From positions 1,329-65,328 of the forward strand of contig CAZABC010000004.1 in the NCBI GenBank assembly GCA_964483405.1: a DNA stretch of 64,000 nt. The letters run 5' to 3'. The notes under the pieces are model-generated. The model ran no database searches, was not told the DNA's origin, and worked only from the letters and a program-made list of their open reading frames with translations. Shown here in pieces: positions 19,438 to 28,600 of the stretch; position 1 is the first letter of the stretch, and every line of letters begins with the position of its first letter. This stretch comes from an uncultured Anaerolineaceae bacterium. Lineage in GTDB: Bacteria > Chloroflexota > Limnocylindria > Limnocylindrales > CSP1-4. Both the position numbers and the translations under genes were made by a program.

Positions 19438-20649
19438 ATGACCGACCACGCCGCCACCCACCCGCTCCTCGTCGAAGCTCGCGCCGACCTGCCCGCGATC
19501 GTGGCGGTCCGGCGGCGGCTCCATCGCCATCCGGAGGTCGGCCTCGAACTGCCCTGGACCCAGGCCGCCGTCGCCGAGGCGGTCGAGGGCCTCGGGCTCG
19601 CGCCGGCGCTCGGCCGGTCGGTCGGATCGGTGACCGCGACGATCGAGGGCGAGCGACCCGGCCCCACGATCCTCCTGCGGGCCGACATGGACGGCCTCCC
19701 GCTCCACGAGGACACCGGGCTCGACTTCGCCTCCGAGATCGACGGCCGGATGCACGCCTGCGGCCACGACACCCACGTCGCGATGCTCCTCGGCGGCGCC
19801 CGGCTCCTCCTGCGACGGCGAGCCCAGCTCCGCGGGCGGGTCCTGCTGATGTTCCAGCCCGGAGAGGAGGGGTTCCACGGGGCCCGGTCGATGCTCGAGG
19901 AGGGGCTGCTCGACACCGCGGCCGCCGCCCCGGTGACCCGGGCCTTCGCGATCCACATCAGCACCCAGTACGCCACCGGCGCGGTCCACCTCCGGGCGGG
20001 CGCGCTGCTCGCGAGCTCGGACACGATCCGGCTGACCGTCCGGGGCCGTGGCGGCCACGCCTCGGCTCCGCATGCCGCACTCGACCCGATCGCCGTGGCG
20101 GCCGAGATCGTCCTCGCCCTCCAGGCGATGGTCGGGCGGCGGATCGACGTGTTCGACCCGGCGGTCGTCACGATCGCCCGGTTCGCCGCCGGCACGACGA
20201 GCAACATCATCCCCGAGACCGCCGTGCTCGAGGGGACGTTCCGGACCGTCTCGGACGAGACGCGGGCGACGGTCCGCCGGCGCATCGGCGAGGTCGCCGA
20301 CGGGATCTGCGCCGCCCACGGCGCGACCGCCGAGCTCGAGATCGAGGCCGGCTACCCGGTGACGGTCAACGACGCGGCGGTGGCGGCCAGCGTCGCGGAC
20401 ACAGCGGCCGCGCTCGTCGGGGTCGCCGACGTGGCCGAGATGCCATCACCGATCATGGGCGCCGAGGACTTCTCGTACGTGCTCCAGCGGGTCCCGGGCG
20501 CGATGGCCTTCCTCGGCGCGACGCCCCGCGACGACGACCCGACGACCGCGCCGGCCAACCACTCGAACCGGGTCGTCTTCGACGAGGCCGCGCTGCCCGT
20601 CGGCGCCGCCCTCTACGCCGCGGTCGCGCTCGAGCACCTCGCCGGCTGA
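19438..20649 (+). CDS. M20D-family amidohydrolase (hippurate hydrolase / aminoacylase-like).
   Basis: LRADMDGLPLHEDTGLDFASEIDGRMHACGHDTH metal-binding signature. ATG at 19438 inside a longer artifact ORF. Confidence 0.85.
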   Translation: MTDHAATHPLLVEARADLPAIVAVRRRLHRHPEVGLELPWTQAAVAEAVEGLGLAPALGRSVGSVTATIEGERPGPTILLRADMDGLPLHEDTGLDFASEIDGRMHACGHDTHVAMLLGGARLLLRRRAQLRGRVLLMFQPGEEGFHGARSMLEEGLLDTAAAAPVTRAFAIHISTQYATGAVHLRAGALLASSDTIRLTVRGRGGHASAPHAALDPIAVAAEIVLALQAMVGRRIDVFDPAVVTIARFAAGTTSNIIPETAVLEGTFRTVSDETRATVRRRIGEVADGICAAHGATAELEIEAGYPVTVNDAAVAASVADTAAALVGVADVAEMPSPIMGAEDFSYVLQRVPGAMAFLGATPRDDDPTTAPANHSNRVVFDEAALPVGAALYAAVALEHLAG

Positions 20650-20657
20650 TGGTCGGC

Positions 20658-20677
20658 GACCGGCGCCGACGCCGGTC
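20658..20677. terminator. Hairpin GACCGGCG-CCGA-CGCCGGTC between convergent genes.
   Basis: 8-bp GC stem spanning the 27-bp gap between the M20D stop (20649) and the PDO-rhodanese stop (20676). Confidence 0.3.
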
Positions 20678-22133
20678 AGGCCGGGACCGCCGCCTCGGCC
20701 GCCTCGGCCGACCCGAGGGCGGCCTCGAAGCGCTCGGCCCAGCCGACGACCCCGCCGCGCCCGACGAGGCGGGCCGGGATCCCCGCGGCGTCGAGCAGGC
20801 TCGCCGCCATCGACGCTCGGTGGCCGGTGGTACAGACGACCCACCACTCGCGGTCCCCCGCGAGGCGGTCGATCGCGCCCGGCAGGTCGGCGACGAAGAT
20901 CCGCTCGGCCCCCGCGATCGCCCCGTCGTCGCGCCACTCGACGGGCTGGCGGACGTCGAGGATCGCCACGTCGCGGCCCGCCTCGACCCGGGTCTCGAAC
21001 AGCTCGCGCATCGTCGCGGTCGGGTACGAGCGGAGCTCGCGGCCGCTCGCGACCCAGGTGTCGACGCCGCCCGCGAGGCGCCCGACGATCCGGCCGTAGC
21101 CGATCCGGAGGAGCTGGACGACGGCCTCCTCGGCCGCCTCGGCGGCCCGGCTCGCCGGCTCGGGCAGGACCAGGACGACCGGCGCGTCGAACGGCAGCAG
21201 CCAGCCGACGTACGTCGAGAACGCCTCGGTCAGCTCGATGTTGACCGAGCCCGGGAGGTGGCCGGCGGCGAACTCGGCCCGGTCGCGGGTGTCGACGACG
21301 ACCGCGCCGGCCATGGCGAGCCGCTCCACCTGGGCGGGTGGCAGCGCGGCGACCGGCCGGGGCGCGCCGACGACCGGCGGGCCGGCCCGGTTGATCGGGC
21401 CCATGTGGGCGTAGTACGCCGGGAACCGGCCGAGGACCCGGAGCTGCTCGTCGAAGAAGGCGGCCTCGTCGGCGGCCAGCATCGCGGCGTTCGTCCGGCG
21501 CTCACGGCCGACGCTCGTGACCTGGCCGGCGCCGGGCACGTTGGCGACGCAGAACGAGCCGGCGCCGTGGGTCGGGTAGACGTCGACATCGTCGGGCAGC
21601 GCGGCGAACGCCCGGATCGTGGCGAACTGGGCCCGGGTCAACGCCTCGGTCGCCTCGGGCCCGACGAGGTCGGTCCGGCCGGCGCTGCCGATCAGCAGGC
21701 TCCCGCCGCTGAAGATGCCCTCGGGCGCCTGGTCCGGCAGGCCCGGGATCCGCTTGCCCGCACCGTCGAGCCGGTGGAGGTCCCAGGCGACGTGCTCGAA
21801 CGTGTGGCCGGGCGTCGCCCGGGCGACGAGCCGGAGTCCGCCGACCTCGACCGCCTCGCCGGCCTCGACGGGCCGATGCGGGAAGGCGTAGCCACCGAGC
21901 GCGGGGGCCAGGATCTCCGCGCCGGTCGCCGCGCGGACCTCGAGCGCGCCCGACACGTAGTCGTTGTGGGCGTGGGTCTCGAGGACGTACCGGACGCGCC
22001 AGCCGCGGCGCTCGGCGACCGACAGGAAGCGCCACGCATCGCGCTGCGGGTCGACGAGCGCGGCCTCGCCCGCCGAGGCGACGAGGTACGAGCTGTCCCC
22101 GAGCCCCGGGGTGGTGAAGACTTCCAGGTCCAC
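20676..22133 (-). CDS. Persulfide dioxygenase (MBL-fold) fused to tandem rhodanese domains (CstB-like).
   Basis: ETHAHNDYVSG HxHxDH metal site and MBL fold, followed by two rhodanese domains. The second has the active-site motif VVCTTGHRAS. GTG start at 22133, 6 bp after the TusA stop. Confidence 0.85.
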   Translation of the reverse strand: MDLEVFTTPGLGDSSYLVASAGEAALVDPQRDAWRFLSVAERRGWRVRYVLETHAHNDYVSGALEVRAATGAEILAPALGGYAFPHRPVEAGEAVEVGGLRLVARATPGHTFEHVAWDLHRLDGAGKRIPGLPDQAPEGIFSGGSLLIGSAGRTDLVGPEATEALTRAQFATIRAFAALPDDVDVYPTHGAGSFCVANVPGAGQVTSVGRERRTNAAMLAADEAAFFDEQLRVLGRFPAYYAHMGPINRAGPPVVGAPRPVAALPPAQVERLAMAGAVVVDTRDRAEFAAGHLPGSVNIELTEAFSTYVGWLLPFDAPVVLVLPEPASRAAEAAEEAVVQLLRIGYGRIVGRLAGGVDTWVASGRELRSYPTATMRELFETRVEAGRDVAILDVRQPVEWRDDGAIAGAERIFVADLPGAIDRLAGDREWWVVCTTGHRASMAASLLDAAGIPARLVGRGGVVGWAERFEAALGSAEAAEAAVPA

Positions 22134-22138
22134 GCCGG

Positions 22139-22378
22139 CTACGCGCTCTTGCGGACGTAGAACACGAGGGCGCCGTCCTCTTCGCCGCTCGCGACGAGCT
22201 CGTTGCCCGTGTCGTCCGCCCAGGCGGGCACGTCGGCCCTCGCCCCGCGGTCGGTCGCGAGGAGCTTCACGACCTGGCCGGGCTCGGCTGCTCGCAGCTC
22301 CCTGTTGAGCATGACGATCGGCATCGGACAGAGATGGCCGCGGGCATCGAGCACGCGGTCGGCGACGATCGGATCCAT
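22139..22378 (-). CDS. TusA-like sulfurtransferase (SirA/YedF/YeeD family).
   Basis: 79 aa with the CPxP motif LDARGHLCPMPIV. Confidence 0.8.
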   Translation of the reverse strand: MDPIVADRVLDARGHLCPMPIVMLNRELRAAEPGQVVKLLATDRGARADVPAWADDTGNELVASGEEDGALVFYVRKSA

Positions 22379-22392
22379 GGTCCCTCGGACGG

Positions 22393-23085
22393 TCAGATGA
22401 ACAGGGTGACGTGCGACTTGCGGGCCTCGGAGAGGAACGCGGCCGCGCCACCGAACTCGACGCCGTCGATGAACTGGTCCTCGGCGAAGCCGAAGACCTC
22501 CATCGTCATCTGGCAGGCGATGAGCCGGACGCCGGAGTCACGGGCGACGTCGAGGAGCTCGCGGATGCTCGCCACGCCCTTGCCCTTGAACTTGGACTTC
22601 ATCATCGACGTCGCCATCGGCGTCATCCCCGGCAGCGCGGTCACGAGCTGCGGCATCGGTACCGGCATCGGCATCGCCGGGTTGCCGGTCGTGCCGACCT
22701 GGAGCCGCGACTCGAAGTCGCGGTGGATGATATTGAGCCCGTAGAAGGTGAAGAAGATCGCGGTCTCCATCCCGGCCGCGGCCGCCGCGGTCGACAGGAT
22801 GAGCGGCGGGTAGGCCCAGTCGAGCGTGCCCTTGCTCGCGATGAGCATCGCCCGCTTCTTTGCGGGGTCGGTCCGGAACGCGCGCTCGACCTCCTCGCGG
22901 ACGATCCGGCGAACGTCGTCCTCGTCCACCGCGACGGCCCGGGGGCCAGGTTCGAGCGCCGTCAGGACCGGGGGCGCAGCCTGGGCACGCACCGGATCGG
23001 CAAGCGTCATCGGTGTCCTCCCTGCCGGTGCCACCCACCGGGGCGCGCGTCTCCGGGCGGGACGCGCAGAAAGCATACCGGACAA
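22393..23085 (-). CDS. DsrE/DsrF-like family protein.
   Basis: KKRAMLIASKGTLDWAYPPLILSTAAAAAGMETAIFFTFYGLNIIH core and a conserved Cys in RLIACQMTMEVFGF. The true start may be the internal ATG (MTLADPV, about 23010). Confidence 0.75.
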   Translation of the reverse strand: MSGMLSARPARRRAPRWVAPAGRTPMTLADPVRAQAAPPVLTALEPGPRAVAVDEDDVRRIVREEVERAFRTDPAKKRAMLIASKGTLDWAYPPLILSTAAAAAGMETAIFFTFYGLNIIHRDFESRLQVGTTGNPAMPMPVPMPQLVTALPGMTPMATSMMKSKFKGKGVASIRELLDVARDSGVRLIACQMTMEVFGFAEDQFIDGVEFGGAAAFLSEARKSHVTLFI

Positions 23086-23143
23086 GTAGGGATTATGCGA
23101 GCCGGCGCCCGTCCCGGCGCCCGGCTCCGCGTGCTCGACGCGG

Positions 23144-23794
23144 TCAGCCCTCGACCGGGGCCGACACGCCGCGCCGGTCCTCGGGGTGCTCGCCGCTCGG
23201 CGGACCGACCTCGTGGTGGCGGTTGCAGCGCGCCTCGTACGTCTCGATCGCGTGATCGTCGAGCCCGCCGATGACCACCAGCGGGTCGTCGAGCGCGGCC
23301 GGCCGGCCGTTGACCAGACGCTGCGTCCGGGTCGCGGTCTCGCCGCAGATGACGCAGATCGCGGTGAGGGTCGTCACGTCGTCCGCCCGGGCGAGGAGCT
23401 CCGGCATCGGCCCGAACGGCCGACCCGCGAAGTCGAGGTTGAGGCCGGTGACGATGACGTGCCGACCGCTGCGGCGGATCGCCTCGACGACGTCGACGAT
23501 CTCGGGAACGAAGAACTCCGCCTCGTCGATGCCGACGAGGTCCGCGTCGGACTCGCGGGCGAGGGCGAGGATCTGCCAGGGGTCGCCGGTCGGGACGACC
23601 CGGCTCGGATAGCGGGCCTTGCTCCGGCTCTCGGCGAACTCGGGTGGGGTCCGGGTGTCGATGTCGGGCCGGACGAGGAGGACCCGACGCCGGGCGATCT
23701 CGGCGCGGCGGAGGAGGCGGAACAGCTCGTCCGACTTCCCGGACGACATGCAGCCGGCGATGACGTGGAGCCAGGGGTCGGCGCGATAGAACAC
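23144..23794 (-). CDS. tdk: Thymidine kinase.
   Basis: P-loop VIAGCMSSGKSDEL and a C-terminal zinc ribbon (CVICGETATRTQRL...CNRHH). Confidence 0.85.
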   Translation of the reverse strand: MFYRADPWLHVIAGCMSSGKSDELFRLLRRAEIARRRVLLVRPDIDTRTPPEFAESRSKARYPSRVVPTGDPWQILALARESDADLVGIDEAEFFVPEIVDVVEAIRRSGRHVIVTGLNLDFAGRPFGPMPELLARADDVTTLTAICVICGETATRTQRLVNGRPAALDDPLVVIGGLDDHAIETYEARCNRHHEVGPPSGEHPEDRRGVSAPVEG

Positions 23795-23875
23795 GGCGAT
23801 ATGAGAGGGTAGCGGGTCCGAGCCGCCCCGCGCGCGGTATCGTCGTCACCGACGTCCACCGCGCCAGGAGCCCCC

Positions 23876-25264
23876 ATGCACCCCGACCCATCCGCCGACG
23901 CCATCCGACGCGACCGTCTCGCCGAGCTCGCCCGCGCGCTCGGCGACCGCCTCGTCCGCCCCGGCGACGCCGACTACGAGACCGGCCGGCAGGTCCTGAA
24001 CGCCGCGATCGACCGGCATCCCGCCGCGATCGTCCGAGCCACCGGCGTCGACGACGTGGTCCGAGCCGTGACGCTCGCCCGCGCGGGCGGCGTGCCGCTC
24101 GCGGTCCGCGGCGGCAGCCACAGCGAGGCGGGCTTCGGGACGGTCGACGGCGGGGTCGTGCTCGACATGGCGGGCCTCGACGAGCTGGCGATCGATCCCG
24201 CCCGGCGCGTCGCCCGGGTCGGCGGCGGCGTCCGGGCGGGCGCGTACGTCGAGGCGGCGGCGGCACACGGCCTCGTCACCCCGTTCGGCGACACGGCGAC
24301 GGTCGGGATCGCCGGCCTCACCCTTGGCGGCGGGGTCGGCTGGCTCAGCCGCCGGCACGGCCTGACGATCGACAGCCTCCGCGCCGTCGAGCTGGTGACG
24401 GCCGATGGCGAGCGGGTCACCGCGAGCGCGACCGAGCACCCCGACCTGTTCTGGGCGCTCCGCGGCGGCGGTGGCAACTTCGGCGTCGTGACCGCGCTCG
24501 AGCTCGATCTCCACCCGCTCGGCCCGGTCTACGGCGGTGCCCTGTTCCTGCCGCTCACGTCGGCCGTCGTCCGCGGCGTCGTCGACCTCGCGGCGGTCGC
24601 CCCGGACGAGCTGACGATCATCGCCGCCGCGATGCGGATGCCGCCCGCGCCGTTCGTCCCCGCCGAGCTCATCGGGACCCCGGCCTTCGCCATCCTGCCC
24701 GCCTTCGCCGGCGATCTCGAGGAGGGCGCCCGGGTCCTCGCGCCGTTCCGGGCCCTCGCGACCCCGCTCGTCGACGGGCTCGCCCCGCTGCCGTTCCCGG
24801 CGATGTACGCGATGACGGCCGAGGGGTCGAAGCGTCAGGCCGGGGTGATCCGGTCGCACTTCCTCGCCGCGCTCGATGCCGCGGGGATCGAGGCGATCGT
24901 CGAGACCCTGCCGACCGCGCCGACGTCCATGGCGATGGTCCAGGTCCGGGTGCTCGGCGGCGCGATCGCCCGCGTGCCGGCCGATGCGACGGCGTACGCC
25001 CACCGCGACGCCGGCCTCCTCGTCGCCGTCATCGCCGCCGGCCACGATCCGGCGCGTACGCCCGAGGTCGCGGCATGGGCCGAGCGGCTCGCGGCGGCGA
25101 TCGCCCCGGACCCGGTCGGCGCCTACGTCAACTTCCTCGGCGACGAGGGCGAGGCCCGGGTCCGGGCCGCCTATGGCGAGGCGACGTGGACACGGCTCCT
25201 CGAGGTCAAGCGGCGCTGGGACCCGACGAACCTGTTCCGGTCCAACCAGAACCTCCGGGCCTGA
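23876..25264 (+). CDS. FAD-binding oxidoreductase (FAD_binding_4 / BBE-like).
   Basis: AVRGGSHSEAGFGTVDGGVVLDM and WALRGGGGNFGVVT motifs. C-terminal BBE-like region. Confidence 0.8.
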   Translation: MHPDPSADAIRRDRLAELARALGDRLVRPGDADYETGRQVLNAAIDRHPAAIVRATGVDDVVRAVTLARAGGVPLAVRGGSHSEAGFGTVDGGVVLDMAGLDELAIDPARRVARVGGGVRAGAYVEAAAAHGLVTPFGDTATVGIAGLTLGGGVGWLSRRHGLTIDSLRAVELVTADGERVTASATEHPDLFWALRGGGGNFGVVTALELDLHPLGPVYGGALFLPLTSAVVRGVVDLAAVAPDELTIIAAAMRMPPAPFVPAELIGTPAFAILPAFAGDLEEGARVLAPFRALATPLVDGLAPLPFPAMYAMTAEGSKRQAGVIRSHFLAALDAAGIEAIVETLPTAPTSMAMVQVRVLGGAIARVPADATAYAHRDAGLLVAVIAAGHDPARTPEVAAWAERLAAAIAPDPVGAYVNFLGDEGEARVRAAYGEATWTRLLEVKRRWDPTNLFRSNQNLRA

Positions 25265-25994
25265 CGCCGACGAAGACGACCCGGCCCCAGGGATCGGTCT
25301 CGGCCCGGGCCTCGAAGCCGACCTCGGCGAGCAGGCCGAGCCACTCGTCGCGTCCGAAGAGCCCCTCCTCGTGGCGATCGTGCTCGACGTGGACCGAGCC
25401 GTCGGCCTCGCGGATGGCGATCACGAAGTCCGTGACGCAGGTCGTGTCGGCCGGATCGGGGTCGGTGGACCACTCGAGGTAGCGGAGGCCGCGTCCGTCG
25501 GGCGCGTCGTGCCCGCCATGGTCCGTCGACGGCGCGAACGTCTCGCGCAGGTCGTCGGGCATCAGGACGGTCGCCCCGCCGGGCCGGAGGTGGACGAAGA
25601 CCGTCTCGAGCGCCGCCCGGAGGTCGGCCGGCGTCGTCATGTAGCCGATCGCGTCGTGGACGAGGACCGCATCGAACGTCCGGTCGAGTCGGAGCGTCCG
25701 CATGTCGCCGACGACGTGCTCGACCCCGGGATTGATCGTCGCGCTCAGGGCGAGCATCTCGGGCGAGCGGTCGGTCAGCGTCAGCTCGAACCGGTCGCGC
25801 AGATGACTCGCGGTGTTGCCGCCGCCGCTGCCGAGCTCGAGGAGCGTCAGGACGGGTCCCTCGGCGGCGGCCTCGAGCAGCCCCACGACGTGGGCGGCCT
25901 CCTCCGCGTAGTCCTCGGGGGCGGTCAGGAGGTGGAACCAGGGCGCGAGGTCCGCGTACATCCGCGGGAGGCGCGACATCGGGTCACCCGTCAC
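25206..25994 (-). CDS. Class I SAM-dependent methyltransferase.
   Basis: LLELGSGGGNTASHL glycine-rich SAM motif. Its 3' end overlaps the convergent FAD-oxidoreductase gene by about 59 bp. Confidence 0.75.
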   Translation of the reverse strand: MTGDPMSRLPRMYADLAPWFHLLTAPEDYAEEAAHVVGLLEAAAEGPVLTLLELGSGGGNTASHLRDRFELTLTDRSPEMLALSATINPGVEHVVGDMRTLRLDRTFDAVLVHDAIGYMTTPADLRAALETVFVHLRPGGATVLMPDDLRETFAPSTDHGGHDAPDGRGLRYLEWSTDPDPADTTCVTDFVIAIREADGSVHVEHDRHEEGLFGRDEWLGLLAEVGFEARAETDPWGRVVFVGVRPGGSGWTGTGSSGPSAA

Positions 25995-27228
25995 GCAACT
26001 GGTACACGGTGCCGCCGGCCAGGTCGGTGACGTAGAGGTAGCCGGCGTCGTCCTGGCCGAAGCCGCCGATCCGGAGCGACGTGTCGAGCAGCCGACGGAG
26101 CGAGGCCGGCGAGGCCGCCGTCGCCGCCACCGAGAAGATCTCGCCGGTGCAGTAGTCGGCGAAGAAGTAGCCGCCGACCATGTCCGGGTAGGCCGTCCCG
26201 CGGTAGACGTAGCCGCCCGTCACCGAGCAGCGCCCGCCCGCGTGGGCGTACTCGACGAGCGGCAGGACCTTGCCGGTCGTCGAACAGCCGGTCGCCGGCG
26301 CGTAGCAGTGGCGGCCCTCCATGACCCGCCAGCCGTAGTTCGCGGCGCGTCCCGCGGCCACCGCGCTCCCCTTCACCGACCGGTCGACCTCCTCCCACGA
26401 GGCCTGGCCGACGTCGCCGATCCAGAGGTCGCCGGTCTGCCGGTCGAACGACCAGCGCCACGGGTTCCGAAGGCCGCGCGACCAGATGAGGTCGAGCCCG
26501 GCCTTGCCGACGTACGGGTTGGTCGCCGGGATCCCGTACGGCAGCGTCCCGGTCCGGCCGTCGACGTCGATCCGGAGCATCTTGCCCAGGTACGACTCGA
26601 GGCTCTGGGCGCGGTTGCCGGGGTCGCCGGCGCTGCCGCCATCGCCCATCCCGATGTACAGGTAGCCGTCCGGCCCGAAGGCGATCATGCCGCCGTTGTG
26701 GTTCGCGTACGGCTGGTCGATCCGGAGCAGCGTCCGGCCGGTCGTGGCGGCCCGGTCGGGGCTCGTCGACGAGCGCCGGTACTCGGCAACGACCGTATCG
26801 CCCGCGGTGTCGGTGTAGTTGACGTAGAAGCGGCCGTTCGTCTTGTACGACGGATGGAAGGCCAGCCCGAGGAGCCCCTGCTCGCCGCCCTTCGAGACCT
26901 TCGCCGAGAGGTCGAGGAACGGCGTGGCGAGCAGGACCGGCGGACTGCCCTTGACGATCCGGATCCGCCCGCCCTTCTCGACGATGAACTTCCGGTTCGT
27001 GCCGTCGCGGGCACCGGTCAGCAGGACCGGCTGGCTGAGGCCCCTGGCCAGGAGCGAGAGCCGGAGCGACACCTTGCCGGGGTCGAACGCCGTCGGGGAC
27101 GGCGAGACCGCGCCGGCGGTCGACGGGAGGCCGACGGCCACGGCGAGGACGACCGCCGCGGCGATGAGCGACCGGGCTCGGCGGGCCGGGCCGGCGGCCG
27201 GCCGCGGGCGGCGGTGGAGGGTGCGCAT
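25984..27228 (-). CDS. Secreted PQQ-dependent sugar dehydrogenase (soluble aldose dehydrogenase / YliI-like beta-propeller).
   Basis: Signal peptide from the ATG at 27228 (MRTLHRRPRPAAGPARRARSLIAAAVVLAVA). Motifs QPYANHNGGMIAFGPDGYLYIGMGDGG and NPWRWSFDRQTGDLWIGDVGQ. Confidence 0.8.
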   Translation of the reverse strand: MRTLHRRPRPAAGPARRARSLIAAAVVLAVAVGLPSTAGAVSPSPTAFDPGKVSLRLSLLARGLSQPVLLTGARDGTNRKFIVEKGGRIRIVKGSPPVLLATPFLDLSAKVSKGGEQGLLGLAFHPSYKTNGRFYVNYTDTAGDTVVAEYRRSSTSPDRAATTGRTLLRIDQPYANHNGGMIAFGPDGYLYIGMGDGGSAGDPGNRAQSLESYLGKMLRIDVDGRTGTLPYGIPATNPYVGKAGLDLIWSRGLRNPWRWSFDRQTGDLWIGDVGQASWEEVDRSVKGSAVAAGRAANYGWRVMEGRHCYAPATGCSTTGKVLPLVEYAHAGGRCSVTGGYVYRGTAYPDMVGGYFFADYCTGEIFSVAATAASPASLRRLLDTSLRIGGFGQDDAGYLYVTDLAGGTVYQLRDG

Positions 27229-27286
27229 CGTCGGATGGTCGCACGAGCCGCTGCCCGGCGCCATCACCGCCGGGATGGCTCGATGG

Positions 27287-28570
27287 TCACCGTCCCGGCC
27301 GGTCGTCCCGGACGACGACGCCACCCTTGACGACGACGACCGGGCGCTCGAGGACGGTCACGTCGGCGAGCGGGTCGCCCTCGACGGCGACGAGGTCGGC
27401 GAACCGCCCGGGGGCGAGCGAGCCGACCCGGTCGGACCAGCCCATGAGCTCGGCCGCCCAGAGCGTCGCCATCCGGATCGCCGTCAGCGGGCGCAGCCCG
27501 AGGCGAACGAGATAGGCGAACTGGCGGGCGACCCAGGCGTGGGGGTAGACGCCGCTGTCGGTCCCGTAGGCGAGCCGGACGCCGGCGGCGGCGGCCCGTC
27601 GCAGACCGTCGCGCTGCGCGTCGGTCGTCGCGTCGTTCTTGCGGAGCGTCTCGGCCGGCCAGCCCTCGCGCCGGCCGACCTCGGCGATCCAGTCGCCGTC
27701 GTACACGTCGGCGACGAGGTAGGTCCCGTGGCGCAGCAGGAGCTCGATCCCCTCGTCGTCGAGGAGGCTGCCGTGCTCGATCGAGCGGACGCCGGCGCGG
27801 GTCGCGGCCTTGATGCCCTCCGCGCCGTGGGCGTGGGCGGCGACGTACGCACCACGCTCGGCCGCGGTCTCGACCGCGACGCGGAGCTGGGCCTCGCTCA
27901 GCTCGGCCGCGCCGAGGGCCGTCCCGCGGGTGAGGACGGCGCCGGTCGCGATGCACTTGACGAGGTCGGCCCCGCCGGCGAGCAGGCGATGGACGACATG
28001 CCGCACGTCGGTCTCGTCGCGGACGACGCCGAGGCGGAGGTCCCACGGCAGGACGACGTCCCCGGCGAGCCCGGTCACCTCGCCCCCGCCGCCCGGAGCC
28101 GTGACATAGGCGCCCGCGCACTGCATCCGCGGCCCGGGGGTCCAGCCCGCGTCGATCGCGTCGCGCAACGCGCAGTCGACGAACGCCCGGAACGTGCCCA
28201 GGTCGCGGACGGTCGTGAAGCCCGCCTCGAGCGTCAGCCGGGCGTTGCGGACGCCGAGCATCGCCTCCTCGGCGGCCGAGGTCGTCGAACCCGGCACGCC
28301 CGCGTGCTCGAGCTCGCCGACGAGGTGGCTGTGGGCGTCGATCAGCCCCGGCAGGACGGTCAGGCCGGTGAGGTCGAGGACGGTCGCGCCCTCGGGCAGC
28401 CGTGTCGAGCCCGCCTCGATCCCCGAGACCCGGTCGCCGGCCAGGAGGAGGAGGCGATCGTCGAGGCGCTCGCCGGTCGCGACGTCGAGGAGCCGGCCGG
28501 CCCGGACGGCCGAGACGGGCGGCGACGGGCGGGGCTGCGGGATGGCCGAGGGGCGATCGGGTTCGAGCAT
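27287..28570 (-). CDS. Amidohydrolase-family metal-dependent hydrolase.
   Basis: VLPGLIDAHSHL metal-binding start, then AAHAHGAEGI and a later AYGTDSGVYPH motif typical of the amidohydrolase superfamily. Confidence 0.85.
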   Translation of the reverse strand: MLEPDRPSAIPQPRPSPPVSAVRAGRLLDVATGERLDDRLLLLAGDRVSGIEAGSTRLPEGATVLDLTGLTVLPGLIDAHSHLVGELEHAGVPGSTTSAAEEAMLGVRNARLTLEAGFTTVRDLGTFRAFVDCALRDAIDAGWTPGPRMQCAGAYVTAPGGGGEVTGLAGDVVLPWDLRLGVVRDETDVRHVVHRLLAGGADLVKCIATGAVLTRGTALGAAELSEAQLRVAVETAAERGAYVAAHAHGAEGIKAATRAGVRSIEHGSLLDDEGIELLLRHGTYLVADVYDGDWIAEVGRREGWPAETLRKNDATTDAQRDGLRRAAAAGVRLAYGTDSGVYPHAWVARQFAYLVRLGLRPLTAIRMATLWAAELMGWSDRVGSLAPGRFADLVAVEGDPLADVTVLERPVVVVKGGVVVRDDRPGR

Positions 28571-28600
28571 GCCCGCAGGATACGACCCACGGACGGCGCG

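Noticed and set aside
16114-22160. ORFs 16114-20649 (plus) and 19356-22160 (plus) as single giant proteins
   Set aside because: Only the 19438-20649 segment (the M20D amidohydrolase) is protein-like. The rest is antisense to the oxidase, MFS and PDO genes.
23144-23794. Thymidine kinase as part of the sulfur operon
   Set aside because: Same strand and adjacent, but functionally unrelated. The 59-bp gap contains a GC-rich repeat (CCGGCGCCC x2) that could terminate tdk. Treated as coincidental adjacency.
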